Assembly: GCA_045617045.1 (NCBI GenBank)
Contig: JAZLHV010000046.1
Span: 2,325 to 66,324, forward strand
Source of the DNA: Lachnospiraceae bacterium
Lineage (GTDB): Bacteria > Bacillota > Clostridia > Lachnospirales > Lachnospiraceae
Direction: 5' to 3'
Length of the DNA: 64,000 bases
The position numbers and the translations under genes are program-made. A model generated the notes under the pieces. That model saw only the letters and a list, made by a program, of their open reading frames with translations, searched no databases and was not told where the DNA came from. This document shows, one piece after another, positions 47,706-58,485 of the stretch (the stretch's first letter is position 1; the number at the start of each line of letters is the position of its first letter).

Positions 47706-47856
47706 AATGCATATTCCAATCTCCTAAATGTTTTTGGGACCGGCCGCTGAGAATTCTCCGAATTGCCTCGCGGCCGGTTCTTTTTTTGTCGATTTCCTGC
47801 AAAAAGAATGGTATAATAAAACAGTTATCTTTAACCTAAATTGTAAGGAGATTGAA

Positions 47857-48783
47857 ATGTATATGGAATACGCAGGATATTTATTTGTTCATTTTACAGG
47901 TGAGAATCTTGAAAACGGCGAGCAGATATACTTTTCGGTAAGCCGCGACGGCTTGCACTGGCAGGATCTTAATGACGCAAAACCGGTTCTTACCGCTAAA
48001 GGCGGCACAAACGGTGCACGAGATCCTTTTGTGATAAGGGTTAAAAAGAACGGAAAAGATAAATATTACATTATTGCGACTGATTTAAATATTCACAACA
48101 GTAAAAACTGGCATCAGGCACAGTATGACGGCAGCCGCAGCCTTTTTGTGTGGGAATCAGATAACCTTATCGATTGGGCCGGACCTTACTTAAGAGAGGT
48201 TGCAATATCGGGAGCCGGTTGCCTGTGGGCCCCTGAGGCGATATACGATGAAGAACGTGATGAAATTATGGTTTTCTTTGCGTCAATGACAAAGTTTGAG
48301 GGTGACGAGTCACATAAGCAGAGGATTTTTTATACGTACACCAAAGATTTTGAAACATTTTCCGAACCGCGCGTTTTCATAGAGAAGGATAATCATGTAA
48401 TTGATACTACCATGATTAAAGCCGGCGATAAATTTTACAGGTACTCCAAGGACGAAACTCACAAAAACATAAATGTGGATGTTGCCGACTGCCTTAAGCC
48501 GGAAGCGTTTAAAGAATTGTACTCGGATACATTGTGCGATTTATATGGCGTAGAGGGACCGGAAATATTCAAGTTTAACGACCGCGAGGAGTGGTGTCTG
48601 ATAGTTGACAGGTTTGCCACTCATGCAGGGTATCTTCCGATGGTGACAAGCGATTTGGCAAGCGGAAATTTCAGAGTACTGGATGATTCGGAGTATGATT
48701 TCGGCACGACTTTAAAGCGCCACGGCGGTATTATGAACATTACAGAGATCGAGTATAGGGCCCTTACCGAAAAGTTTTTATAG
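47857..48783 (+). CDS. GH43-like glycoside hydrolase
   Basis: GYLFVHF, GARDPF, YIIATDL, LWAPEA, VIDTT, VEGP, RHGG. Confidence 0.85.
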   Translation: MYMEYAGYLFVHFTGENLENGEQIYFSVSRDGLHWQDLNDAKPVLTAKGGTNGARDPFVIRVKKNGKDKYYIIATDLNIHNSKNWHQAQYDGSRSLFVWESDNLIDWAGPYLREVAISGAGCLWAPEAIYDEERDEIMVFFASMTKFEGDESHKQRIFYTYTKDFETFSEPRVFIEKDNHVIDTTMIKAGDKFYRYSKDETHKNINVDVADCLKPEAFKELYSDTLCDLYGVEGPEIFKFNDREEWCLIVDRFATHAGYLPMVTSDLASGNFRVLDDSEYDFGTTLKRHGGIMNITEIEYRALTEKFL

Positions 48784-48850
48784 GCTGACGGAAGGATAGA
48801 TTTTAATGGGTAGTGTTTAAGTATACGGCAAAGATTGGAAAGAAGGTAAA

Positions 48851-49036
48851 GTGATGGCGGGTTATGCTACATGTGACACGTGTTCAAATTACGTGTACGA
48901 CGAAGAATATGACTGCTATGAGTGTATGGTGAATATGGATGAGGACGATTACGGTCGCCTTATGGCTGATTCGAGATTTCAGTGTCCGTATTACAGCGAA
49001 GATAATGAATATGCAGTTGTCAGAAAACAGAATTAG
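48851..49036 (+). CDS. Small Cys-rich conserved protein (DUF6472-like)
   Basis: CDTCSNYVYDEE...MDEDD...CPYY..DNEYAVVRKQ. Confidence 0.7.
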   Translation: MMAGYATCDTCSNYVYDEEYDCYECMVNMDEDDYGRLMADSRFQCPYYSEDNEYAVVRKQN

Positions 49037-49058
49037 AAATTTAAGGGTATAGAAATTT

Positions 49059-50372
49059 ATGGCATTAAAGAATTTTGTAATAAAGGGTGATATCTGCTAC
49101 AGTGAGTCACTCAAAAAAATAGAATGTGTGGAGAACGGTTATGTTGTGTGCCTGGACGGAAAATGTGCAGGCGTATTTGAGACGCTGCCCGAAAAGTATG
49201 CGTCGTTTGAGGTTGTTGACTGCACCGGCAAGCTTGTAATGCCGGGCATGGTTGATTTGCACATCCATGCGCCTCAGTTTGCCTTCAGAGGGCTCGGAAT
49301 GGACTTAGAACTCTTAGAATGGCTCAAAAAGTATACTTTTCCCGAAGAGGCAAAGTATGCGGATGTGGATTATGCCGAAAAGGCTTACGGCGTTTTTGCA
49401 AATCGTTTAAAGAACAGCGCTACCACGCGAGCTTCAATTTTTGCAACCATCCATAATGACGCTACGATAATGCTTATGGATATGCTTGAAGAAGCAGGTT
49501 TATGCGCCTATGTCGGCAAAGTTAACATGGATACCGATGCTCCCGACGATTTGCGCGAAGAAAGTGCCTACAAATCTGCTTTTGACACGTTTAAGTGGGT
49601 AAATAACGTAAAGGATCGCTACAAGTATGTTAAGCCTATATTGACGCCAAGATTTTTGCCAAGCTGTTCACATACTCTGATGTCCGAGCTTTCCGAGGTT
49701 CAAAAAGCTTTCGGGCTTCCCGTACAGTCGCATCTTTCCGAAAATCCCGGTGAGGTTGAGCTTGTGAAGCGGCTTTACCCCAAGGCGGCTTTTTACGGAG
49801 ACGGATATGACAGATACGGCCTTTTCGGGAAAACGCAGAAGACCATTATGGCTCACTGTATTTACTGTACACCCGAGGAAATAGACCGCATTAAGGAAAA
49901 TGGTGTGTATGTGGCGCACTGCGCGGCTTCCAACATGAATTTGTCGTCCGGTATCGCTCCGATTCGCAAATATGTTGATATGGGTATAAGAGTCGGCATC
50001 GGAACCGATGTGGCGGGCGGCGAGTCCGAGTCTATGTTCAGGGCTGTGTCGGATGCCGTTCAGGTGTCTAAACTTTACTGGAGACTTGTAGATAACGAGT
50101 GTGCTCCGCTTACATTTGACGAGGCATTTTACCTGGCAACGGTGGGCGGCGGTGATTTCTTTGGCAAAGTCGGAACGTTTAAAGAAGACTATGAATTCGA
50201 TGCTGTTGTAATTGATGATTACGATTTATCTGTTATGAATAATCTATCCGTCAGAAATCGTCTCGAAAGGGCTGTGTACCTTGAGGCCGACTCGGATAAG
50301 ATAGTTAAAAAATACGTCGGAGGACGTGAAATTGTGCTCAAGAGCGCAGTTTACAACATGCTTTATGGCTAA
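49059..50372 (+). CDS. guaD: Guanine deaminase
   Basis: PGMVDLHIHAPQF, TPRF, QSHLSEN, MAHCIY, GIGTDVAGG. Confidence 0.9.
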   Translation: MALKNFVIKGDICYSESLKKIECVENGYVVCLDGKCAGVFETLPEKYASFEVVDCTGKLVMPGMVDLHIHAPQFAFRGLGMDLELLEWLKKYTFPEEAKYADVDYAEKAYGVFANRLKNSATTRASIFATIHNDATIMLMDMLEEAGLCAYVGKVNMDTDAPDDLREESAYKSAFDTFKWVNNVKDRYKYVKPILTPRFLPSCSHTLMSELSEVQKAFGLPVQSHLSENPGEVELVKRLYPKAAFYGDGYDRYGLFGKTQKTIMAHCIYCTPEEIDRIKENGVYVAHCAASNMNLSSGIAPIRKYVDMGIRVGIGTDVAGGESESMFRAVSDAVQVSKLYWRLVDNECAPLTFDEAFYLATVGGGDFFGKVGTFKEDYEFDAVVIDDYDLSVMNNLSVRNRLERAVYLEADSDKIVKKYVGGREIVLKSAVYNMLYG

Positions 50373-51519
50373 TAATACAGGCTTGTGCCCTTATGCAAAA
50401 AAATGCGGCGGTTGCCGCTTTATAGATACCGATTATGCAGTGCAACTGCAACAAAAAGAAGCATATGTCGAAAAACTTTTGAAACCATTCGTAAAGTTAT
50501 CCGGTATTACAGGCATGGATAATCCGTTTCATTATCGCAACAAAGTTTCGGCGGCTTTTGGCATGGATGCCCATCATAATCCCATTTCGGGAATTTATGA
50601 GGAAAAGACGCACAGAGTCGTTAATATAGATAACTGTCTGATAGAAGATGAGCGTGCCGATGCAATTATCGTTACGGTGCGCGGCCTTCTTAAATCTTTT
50701 AAAATAAAGGTTTACAACGAAGACAGCGGTTATGGACTGTTGCGCCATATATTGGTGCGTGTCGGGAAAACTTCGGGGGAAATAATGGTAGTTTTAGTGA
50801 CGGCTTCGCCGATTTTCCCTTCAAAAAACAATTTTTGCAAGGCACTTTTACAAAAACATCCCGAGATTACAACGATTGTCCAAAATGTAAACGAACGCAC
50901 GGATTCACTGGTGCTTTCGGACCGTGAAAACGTTTTATACGGCAAAGGTTACATAGAAGATACCCTATGCGGAAAGGTCTTCAGAATTTCGTCGCGTTCT
51001 TTTTGTCAGATAAACCCGATACAGACGGAGGTGCTGTATGGCAAGGCTGTCGAATATGCACACTTAACCGGGCATGAGACCGTTCTTGACGCATATTCGG
51101 GAATCGGTACAATCGGTATTATTGCCGCATCAAAAGCCGGTAAGGTTATAAGTGTAGAGCTTAACAGGGATGCGGTTCGCGACGGTATAGCCAATGCCCG
51201 CAAAAACAAAATTTCCAATATTGATTTTTACACCAATGACGCCGGCGAGTTTATGCAACAGCTTGCAGCCAAGAAGGCTCATGTGGATGTGGTGTTTATG
51301 GATCCGCCGAGAAGCGGTTCGAGCGAGGCTTTTATAAAGAGTATATTTGCGCTTAAGCCTTCGCGCATCGTATATGTCTCATGCGGCCCGGATACGTTGG
51401 CGCGCGATCTTAAAATGCTTACGCAGGGCGGCTACAAAGTTAAGAAGGCTGAATGCGTCGATATGTTCCCGCATACGGCGACGGAGCATGTCGAGACTGT
51501 GTGCCTGCTGCAGGCATAG
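50365..51519 (+). CDS. rlmD: 23S rRNA (uracil-C5)-methyltransferase
   Basis: CPYAKKCGGC, YRNK, SFCQIN, LDAYSGIG, DPPRSG, YVSC, DMFPHT. Confidence 0.92.
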   Translation: MANNTGLCPYAKKCGGCRFIDTDYAVQLQQKEAYVEKLLKPFVKLSGITGMDNPFHYRNKVSAAFGMDAHHNPISGIYEEKTHRVVNIDNCLIEDERADAIIVTVRGLLKSFKIKVYNEDSGYGLLRHILVRVGKTSGEIMVVLVTASPIFPSKNNFCKALLQKHPEITTIVQNVNERTDSLVLSDRENVLYGKGYIEDTLCGKVFRISSRSFCQINPIQTEVLYGKAVEYAHLTGHETVLDAYSGIGTIGIIAASKAGKVISVELNRDAVRDGIANARKNKISNIDFYTNDAGEFMQQLAAKKAHVDVVFMDPPRSGSSEAFIKSIFALKPSRIVYVSCGPDTLARDLKMLTQGGYKVKKAECVDMFPHTATEHVETVCLLQA

Positions 51520-51536
51520 CGTGAAAAGGAAAATTA

Positions 51537-52772
51537 TTGATGAAAAAACTTTTGTTTGTGGTGAATACGTTAAGCACGGCAGGGGCTGAAAATGCGCTTG
51601 TCGAGCTTCTTTCACGACTTGACCCGGCAAAATATGAGATTAACCTGTATGTTCTTATGAATCAGGGAAATCTGATTGATGAGGTGCCGGGCTATGTAAA
51701 ACTTTTGAATAAGAATTTTGATAAGTGTAATGTTTTAGATAAAATCGGTAAAAAGCATATTATCAGGCATGTGCTTATCACGATGTTTAAGCATGGCGCG
51801 ATATTTAAGCTTTTACCCTATGTTGTGCGTGAATTGGCGCGAATGCTGAAAGAAGGTAAATTTTTAAAGGACAAACTACTGTGGCAGGTTATGGCATGCG
51901 GGGCCGACAGGTTTACGGATAACTTTGACCTTGCCGTAGCGTTTCACGAGGGTGGTTCCTCGTATTACGTAAGCAGATATGTGAATGCGGTCCGAAAGGT
52001 TTCTTTTTTACATATTTCGTATAGTGATGCAGGCTATTGCAGAAGCCTGGATGATGGAATATATGATGCGTTTGAACGGATTTTCGGAGTCTCATATGAG
52101 GTTGTAACCGAATTTTTGAAGGTTTATCCGGAACTTTCATCGAAAGTCGGTGTGCTCCATAATTTAATCAGCATTGAAAAATTACTTGCAAAGGCCGGTG
52201 AAGGCGCAGGCTTTAACGATGAGTTTGACGGCACGCGCATAATTACGGTCGGAAGACTTCATAAACAAAAGGCTTATGAAATATCCATTGCGGCTGCAAG
52301 GCTTTTGAAAGATCGCGGCCACAAGGTAAGGTGGTATGTTTTAGGTGAAGGCGAAGAACGTTCTTTCCTTGAAAGAGAGATAAAACGGTTAAAAGTAGAG
52401 AATGAGTTCCTGCTGATGGGGAATGTTGAAAATCCGTATCCGTATTTTAAAGCCTGCGACATTTATGTGCATGCTTCCAAATTTGAAGGTAAGTCAATTG
52501 CAATACAGGAAGCCCAAATTTTCGAAAGACCCATAATTACCACCAATTGTAACGGAAATCGCGAGCAGGTGGTGCATGAATACGATGGGCTTTTGTGTGA
52601 GATCGAACCGCAACAAATCTGTGAATGCATCGAAAGATTAATTAACGATAAAGAAACTGCCGCGCTGTATGCTAAGCGTGCGCACGAAAAGATTGTTGCT
52701 TTGCTGGAAAAAGAAAATGATTTGAATAAGTTATTATCACTGGTGAGTGAGGAGGACGCAAAATGTCAATAA
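51537..52772 (+). CDS. GT4 glycosyltransferase
   Basis: AGAENAL, TVGRLHKQKAY, NPYPYFKACDIYV.ASKFEG...EA. Confidence 0.9.
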   Translation: MMKKLLFVVNTLSTAGAENALVELLSRLDPAKYEINLYVLMNQGNLIDEVPGYVKLLNKNFDKCNVLDKIGKKHIIRHVLITMFKHGAIFKLLPYVVRELARMLKEGKFLKDKLLWQVMACGADRFTDNFDLAVAFHEGGSSYYVSRYVNAVRKVSFLHISYSDAGYCRSLDDGIYDAFERIFGVSYEVVTEFLKVYPELSSKVGVLHNLISIEKLLAKAGEGAGFNDEFDGTRIITVGRLHKQKAYEISIAAARLLKDRGHKVRWYVLGEGEERSFLEREIKRLKVENEFLLMGNVENPYPYFKACDIYVHASKFEGKSIAIQEAQIFERPIITTNCNGNREQVVHEYDGLLCEIEPQQICECIERLINDKETAALYAKRAHEKIVALLEKENDLNKLLSLVSEEDAKCQ

Positions 52773-53695
52773 ATGTCGTTTCGTACATGGGTAAGTTAGG
52801 GTTTGATTTAAGAAGGTGGTTTCCTAAACTGACAAGCTATATGTTTTTGCATGTGCAGGCAGTGATACGAGACAGGGAAACAAAGGCTGCAATAGAGCGG
52901 ATTATGGCGCAGGATGTTAAGAAGCCTTTGTTCGTAAACGTTGAGACGATAAACCGTTGTAACGGGACATGTCCGTTCTGCCCTGCAAATGTAAAGGCCG
53001 AGTCGAGACCGTTAAAGAAAATGACCGATGAATTGTTTTACAAAATCATCGGTGACCTTGAAACAATCGATTACGATAACGTAATTTCGCTTTACATTAA
53101 CAACGAGCCGTTTCTTGATACAAGAATGCCGCAAATGCTTAAGTATACCAGAGAGCATTTAAAGAAAGCCACAATTCTTGTTTTTACAAACGGTACTATG
53201 CTAAAACCGGAAATTCTTGATGAAATAGCCGGTTCTTTTGACCGCATGTATATTAATAATTACAACGCAAAATATGAATTACTGCCCAGCAGTAAAGCAG
53301 TGCTTGAGTACGTTACCGCGCATGAAGAAAAGTTTAAAAATGTGAAAATCGATATTCAAATGAGATATGCCAATGAATATCTTGCAAATCGTGCGGGAAC
53401 CGCACCCAATAAACCGGCCGGTAAGAAGGTGTTTAAGTGGCGTTGTATTATGCCTTACACGGATATGAGTATTTTCCCGGACGGTACATTTGGATTGTGC
53501 TGTAATGACACTATGGAAGTAACGAATTTCGGAAACGTAAATGATGACAGCCTTATTAACGTATTTAACGGTAAGGCTATAAATGATGTGCGCGTGGCAA
53601 TCAAAGACGGTCGTGACGGATATTCTTATTGCAGCCGTTGCGATGTTATTGATTCGGGTATCCGCTTAAGATTTCTTAAAAACCGAATCGTATAG
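52763..53695 (+). CDS. Radical SAM/SPASM-domain protein
   Basis: CNGTCPFC (CxxxCxxC), NEPFL, TNG, C-terminal C..P...LCC...CSRCD. Confidence 0.9.
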   Translation: MSINVVSYMGKLGFDLRRWFPKLTSYMFLHVQAVIRDRETKAAIERIMAQDVKKPLFVNVETINRCNGTCPFCPANVKAESRPLKKMTDELFYKIIGDLETIDYDNVISLYINNEPFLDTRMPQMLKYTREHLKKATILVFTNGTMLKPEILDEIAGSFDRMYINNYNAKYELLPSSKAVLEYVTAHEEKFKNVKIDIQMRYANEYLANRAGTAPNKPAGKKVFKWRCIMPYTDMSIFPDGTFGLCCNDTMEVTNFGNVNDDSLINVFNGKAINDVRVAIKDGRDGYSYCSRCDVIDSGIRLRFLKNRIV

Positions 53696-53744
53696 TGTCC
53701 ATGGGGACGTTCCTTTTGTCTTTCGCTGTTCTATGTAACATGGT

Positions 53745-54680
53745 ATGTTAACGGAGGGGTATATGTCTAAAAAGCAAGATAGTAATCTGATTCCCGAATG
53801 GGTGTTAAAAACCAGGAAAAATTGGGCAATTTCCGATGCAAAAAGAGATGAGGGGCTTACCGAACCTGAAGATGTTAAGATTTTCAAGAACCTTTCGTAT
53901 TCCGATTATGGAACGGCAAGTCTGCTGGACGTGTATGTTCCGTTAAACGCATCGTCTGAAGACAGGTTGCCTGTAATCATAAATATTCATGGCGGCGGAT
54001 ATTTTTACGGAGATAAAGAACTGTATCGTTTTTATGCCATGGATATGGTTCATGATGGCTTTGCTGTTGTAAATATTAATTACAGACTTTGCCCGGAAAA
54101 CAAATTTCCCGCCGCAATAGAGGACATTAATGATGTATTCGTGTGGGTAGAGGCACATGCCGCCGAATACGGTCTGGATGCATCAAAAATATTTATGATG
54201 GGAGATTCGGCGGGGGCACAGCTGGTGAGCCACTATGCTGCCATAAATTCCAATCCGGGATTCGCAAAATACTATTCACTTAAGACTCATAATCTTAAAA
54301 TTTCAGGTATCAGTCTGGCATGCGGTTTTTATGATTTGCTTAAAAATTACAGGTTAAGGTATATTGAAAGCGCAAATGCCTGTTATTTCGGCAATTTTAA
54401 GCCCCAAAAGATTGCAATGCTTAATGTGCTTAAAGCAATCGATGCAAATTATCCGCCGGCGTTCATATTTACCGCGCCCAATGATTTTTTGTATAAAAAC
54501 TGTAAACCGATGGCTGCTCTGATTAATAAGCGTGGTGGAAGAGCTGTTGCAAAAGTATACGGGACACCGGATATGAAAAAGGTTGCACATGTATTTCACT
54601 GTAACTTAAAGACTGAAATCGGTGCGACCGCAAGACGCGACCAGGGCGCATTCTTTAACGAGTGCCTGAAGACAAAATGA
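53745..54680 (+). CDS. Alpha/beta hydrolase (HSL-like esterase)
   Basis: IHGGG, GDSAGA, HVF. Confidence 0.9.
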   Translation: MLTEGYMSKKQDSNLIPEWVLKTRKNWAISDAKRDEGLTEPEDVKIFKNLSYSDYGTASLLDVYVPLNASSEDRLPVIINIHGGGYFYGDKELYRFYAMDMVHDGFAVVNINYRLCPENKFPAAIEDINDVFVWVEAHAAEYGLDASKIFMMGDSAGAQLVSHYAAINSNPGFAKYYSLKTHNLKISGISLACGFYDLLKNYRLRYIESANACYFGNFKPQKIAMLNVLKAIDANYPPAFIFTAPNDFLYKNCKPMAALINKRGGRAVAKVYGTPDMKKVAHVFHCNLKTEIGATARRDQGAFFNECLKTK

Positions 54681-54796
54681 TTAGGAAGTCATGCCTCGAA
54701 AAATCTTAGCATGACCGCCGCAGATTTTAAGCGGCTATGGCTATAAACTACCCATATGGGTGGTTGTCTGAAGGTAAGATGTAGGTTAATATCAAT

Positions 54797-55474
54797 TTGG
54801 ATTTTCAATATGGGAGGTATGAAATGTCATTATTAGATTCTCTTGCAAATCAGCTTTCAAGTAAAGCCTCGAATGCGATTAATTCAGGCGTCAGAAAGGC
54901 AAGCAAAGCACTTTCGGAAACTGTTTCCAAAGGCGCCAACAAGGCACTCACAAATCTTTCTTTGTCGAAAAAGTCTTTCAAGTTTGACGCAATTCCCGAA
55001 ACGGTTGAGCAGTTTAAAGCATTGGATGAATTTTCAAAGCTTAAGGATCCTTATGCTACCGCGGCGCTTACAGTTGTTGCTTTTGCCGCATATGCCCAAA
55101 ATCCCGAAGAGGGCGTTAAAATGTTTAATGCACTTCGCGGGCCGGAGCCTTTATCCAACCATGATATCGAGCTTACGCACGATTGCCTTATGAACGATAA
55201 GGAATATATCCCGTTGTCGTATTTTGAGGGCGCGACGGTCGAAAATAACTATACACCCAAGACTCCTTACGAAGTTAAGGTATATGAGGGCGCACATTCA
55301 AACGATTCCTTAAAAGAAGGCTACATGAAGCTGTTTGTGCAGTCTTCGGGTGCAGATTCACAGCGCCATATCACCTTACGCACCAAGAAGTCAACCGGCG
55401 AGTGGTTCCTGCACGACCATGCCGCAATTTTAATGTCAATCAGAGTACCTAAAGCTGCCGATCCGTGGGCATAA
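54797..55474 (+). CDS. Conserved hypothetical protein (DUF6935-like)
   Basis: SYFEGATVENNYTP, SSGADSQR. Confidence 0.6.
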   Translation: MDFQYGRYEMSLLDSLANQLSSKASNAINSGVRKASKALSETVSKGANKALTNLSLSKKSFKFDAIPETVEQFKALDEFSKLKDPYATAALTVVAFAAYAQNPEEGVKMFNALRGPEPLSNHDIELTHDCLMNDKEYIPLSYFEGATVENNYTPKTPYEVKVYEGAHSNDSLKEGYMKLFVQSSGADSQRHITLRTKKSTGEWFLHDHAAILMSIRVPKAADPWA

Positions 55475-55607
55475 GCTTTTGTACAAGTCACGATAGATAC
55501 ACAAAATATTGTATATATAAATGCCGTATGTGGTTTTCACATACGGCATTTTGTGTTAAACTTAATTTGATATGGAATGCTTTTGAATATTACGAAAAAA
55601 GAAGGAT

Positions 55608-57728
55608 ATGAAGATGAAAAATAAAAGAGCAGCTAAACTGGCTGTATTATTGGCTGCCTCAATGTGCCTGGCAGCGTGCGGCAACGGTACAACATCAGCA
55701 GGTACCAATGATTCACAAATAAGCGCTTCGGCGGATGTTACGGGTACGGTTTCGAATTTGGACGTCACCCCTACGGCGGAGCCCACACAGGAGCCTGAAG
55801 CCGGTCCGTTAAAGACCGACGGATATACGGTTACCTATGCGGAAGGCGTCGAAATCGGCACATATGCGTACGCAGAGACTCTTACAACCCGTGCGGTTTC
55901 GGCTGTAACCGTAACGGACGGTGCTTTCATAAGCTGGCGCAAGATGCCGGGAGATGATAATGATACCTGCTTTTTACTTAAGCGTAACGGAAAAGAGGTA
56001 TATAACGGCGGCAAAACCTGCTATAAAGATGCATCCGGTAAAGGCGGCGATACATATGAACTTTCGGTAATGAAGGGCAAAGATGTTCTTTCAACCGAGA
56101 AAATAGTGTGCGCATCCAAGGATTATTATGAGCTTACACTGGTGCGCCCCGAAATGCAGCGTATGCCCAATTATAAGTATGCGCAGTATAGCGCCAACGA
56201 TTTTTCAACAGGCGATTTGGACGGCGACGGCGAGCTTGAGCTTATAGTTAAATGGTATCCCGATAATGCCCAGGACAATTCCAAAGATGGCTATACAGGC
56301 ACGACTATTCTCGACGCTTACGATATTGATTACACCACCATGACCGCGTCACTTATGTGGCGTATCGATCTTGGCATCAACATACGTTCCGGTGCTCACT
56401 ATACACAGTTTCAGGTATGGGATTATGACGGCGACGGAAATGCCGAGCTTATATGCAAGACAGCTGACGGTTCCACTACCTATGATGCCGATTTAAATGA
56501 AACCGGCCATGTCGGAGAGTTATCCATGACGGGGCTGGATACTTCCAAGCGAGGCAAGCCCGAAACCTATGATTTCAGGCAATTCGACGGACGTTTGGGG
56601 CGCATAGTGTTAGGTCAGGAATACCTGACTGCTTTTGACGGTCCCACAGGTGAAATTATAGATACGGTTAAATATGTGCCGGAGCGAGGCCCTTGGGATG
56701 AGGCCAAGAAACGTTATGATACCTCAATGTGGGGCGTAGATGCAAACGGCAAGGGCGTTGAAAAGAATGATGGCTACGCCAACCGCGCCGACAGATTTTT
56801 GGCAGGTACGGCTTATCTTGACGATGGAAGCGCATGCGCTATTATGTGTCGCGGATATTATGGACGCAGCTGCATTACGGCATGGAAGCTTATTAACGAT
56901 AAGCTCGTAATGAAATGGGCTTTTGACGCTGCCGCAGACGGACAGTATGCTGCGCAGGGTAATCATCAGCTTTCGATTAATGATGTAGACGGCGACGGCT
57001 ACGATGAAATAATCTACGGCGCAATGTGCGTCGATAACGATGGCAATGTAATGTACTCGACCGGCTTGGGGCATGGCGATGCAATGCATATAAGCGATTG
57101 GAATAACGACGGAAGGCTTGAAGTTTTCAGCGTTCACGAGCATACGGATGCCGAGTACAGTGTTGAACTTCACGATGCCGCTACAGGTGAGATTTTGTGG
57201 GGAGTCGGTCTTGGCAAGGATGTAGGCCGCGGTGTTGCAGCGGATATCGATCCCGAGCATGACGGCGCCGAGATGTGGAGTGCATCCAGAAACGGTACAT
57301 ATGATTGCAACGGTAACCTTCTTTACGATGAAAAGCCGAGCGTTAACTTTTCACTTTACTGGGACGGCGATCTTTCCATGGAGTTGTTTGACTCAAATAA
57401 TTCCGAAGATTTAGTGCCGCAGATTCAGAAGTGGGATTACAAAGAACATACACTTAATGTTTTGACGGAAGCCTCAGGGTGTCAGGCCAATAACGGCACC
57501 AAGGCCAATGCATGCCTGATTGCCGACATCTTAGGTGACTGGCGTGAAGAAGTAATTGTGCGGGAAGTTGAAGACCCCTGCAAGATACGTATATATACTA
57601 CGGGCATTGAAACAGAGTATTCTTTTGACTGTCTGCTTACAAACACTACATACAGAGAGGGCGTTGCATGGCAGAATACCGCTTACAACCAACCCGCAAA
57701 TCTGCCTTATTTACTGAAGGAGAACTGA
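55608..57728 (+). CDS. Rhamnogalacturonan lyase (PL11) lipoprotein
   Basis: Lipobox LAAC; GDLDGDGELE, NIRSGAHYTQF, RGYY, QGNH, GHGDAMH, NNGTKAN, YNQP. Confidence 0.9.
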   Translation: MKMKNKRAAKLAVLLAASMCLAACGNGTTSAGTNDSQISASADVTGTVSNLDVTPTAEPTQEPEAGPLKTDGYTVTYAEGVEIGTYAYAETLTTRAVSAVTVTDGAFISWRKMPGDDNDTCFLLKRNGKEVYNGGKTCYKDASGKGGDTYELSVMKGKDVLSTEKIVCASKDYYELTLVRPEMQRMPNYKYAQYSANDFSTGDLDGDGELELIVKWYPDNAQDNSKDGYTGTTILDAYDIDYTTMTASLMWRIDLGINIRSGAHYTQFQVWDYDGDGNAELICKTADGSTTYDADLNETGHVGELSMTGLDTSKRGKPETYDFRQFDGRLGRIVLGQEYLTAFDGPTGEIIDTVKYVPERGPWDEAKKRYDTSMWGVDANGKGVEKNDGYANRADRFLAGTAYLDDGSACAIMCRGYYGRSCITAWKLINDKLVMKWAFDAAADGQYAAQGNHQLSINDVDGDGYDEIIYGAMCVDNDGNVMYSTGLGHGDAMHISDWNNDGRLEVFSVHEHTDAEYSVELHDAATGEILWGVGLGKDVGRGVAADIDPEHDGAEMWSASRNGTYDCNGNLLYDEKPSVNFSLYWDGDLSMELFDSNNSEDLVPQIQKWDYKEHTLNVLTEASGCQANNGTKANACLIADILGDWREEVIVREVEDPCKIRIYTTGIETEYSFDCLLTNTTYREGVAWQNTAYNQPANLPYLLKEN

Positions 57729-57729
57729 A

Positions 57730-58485
57730 ATGTATTCTTTTGACGCAGTTAAAGAAACCGAAAATGTTGTTGAGTGGATAAAAGATTTTTTTGCCGGCAA
57801 CGGTCCCGATTGTAAAGCCGTTATCGGAATTTCGGGCGGAAAGGACAGTTCCGTTGTCGCTGCTTTGTGCGTTAAGGCACTCGGAGCTTCCAAGGTTACA
57901 GGCGTACTGATGCCAAAGGGCGTTCAGGCCGACATATCGGCTTCAAAACTTTTGGTAAAGCATTTAGGTATCGAAAGCTTCGAAGTGAATATAAAGGATG
58001 CCGTAGACGGTGAAATTGCGGCAATAGAGGCTTCGGGGCTGAAACTTTCGGCACAGGCGCTCACAAATCTTCCGCCGCGTATACGCATGTCAACCGTATA
58101 TGCTGTCAGCCAGTGTGTAAACGGACGTGTCGCAAATACTTGCAACCTTTCCGAAGACTGGGTGGGATATTCAACCAGATACGGCGATTCCGTAGGCGAT
58201 TTCAGCCCCCTTTCCCGTTATACGGTTCAGGAGGTTAAGGCTATAGGCCGCGTGCTGGGCCTGCCTGCCGAGCTTGTAGATAAGGTACCGATTGACGGCC
58301 TGTGCGGTAAGACCGATGAAGACAATCTGGGCTTTACATATGCAACGCTTGATAAATATATTCGCGAAGGCATATGTGAAGATGCAGCTGTTAAGGAAAG
58401 AATCGATACCCTTCACAAACGTAACCTTTTTAAACTGAAGCTGATGCCGGTATATGAAAACGGTATCGCCACTTTGGCACAGTGA
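57730..58485 (+). CDS. nadE: NH3-dependent NAD+ synthetase
   Basis: IGISGGKDS, RIRM, NLSE..VGYST.YGD, DEDNLGFTY. Confidence 0.92.
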   Translation: MYSFDAVKETENVVEWIKDFFAGNGPDCKAVIGISGGKDSSVVAALCVKALGASKVTGVLMPKGVQADISASKLLVKHLGIESFEVNIKDAVDGEIAAIEASGLKLSAQALTNLPPRIRMSTVYAVSQCVNGRVANTCNLSEDWVGYSTRYGDSVGDFSPLSRYTVQEVKAIGRVLGLPAELVDKVPIDGLCGKTDEDNLGFTYATLDKYIREGICEDAAVKERIDTLHKRNLFKLKLMPVYENGIATLAQ

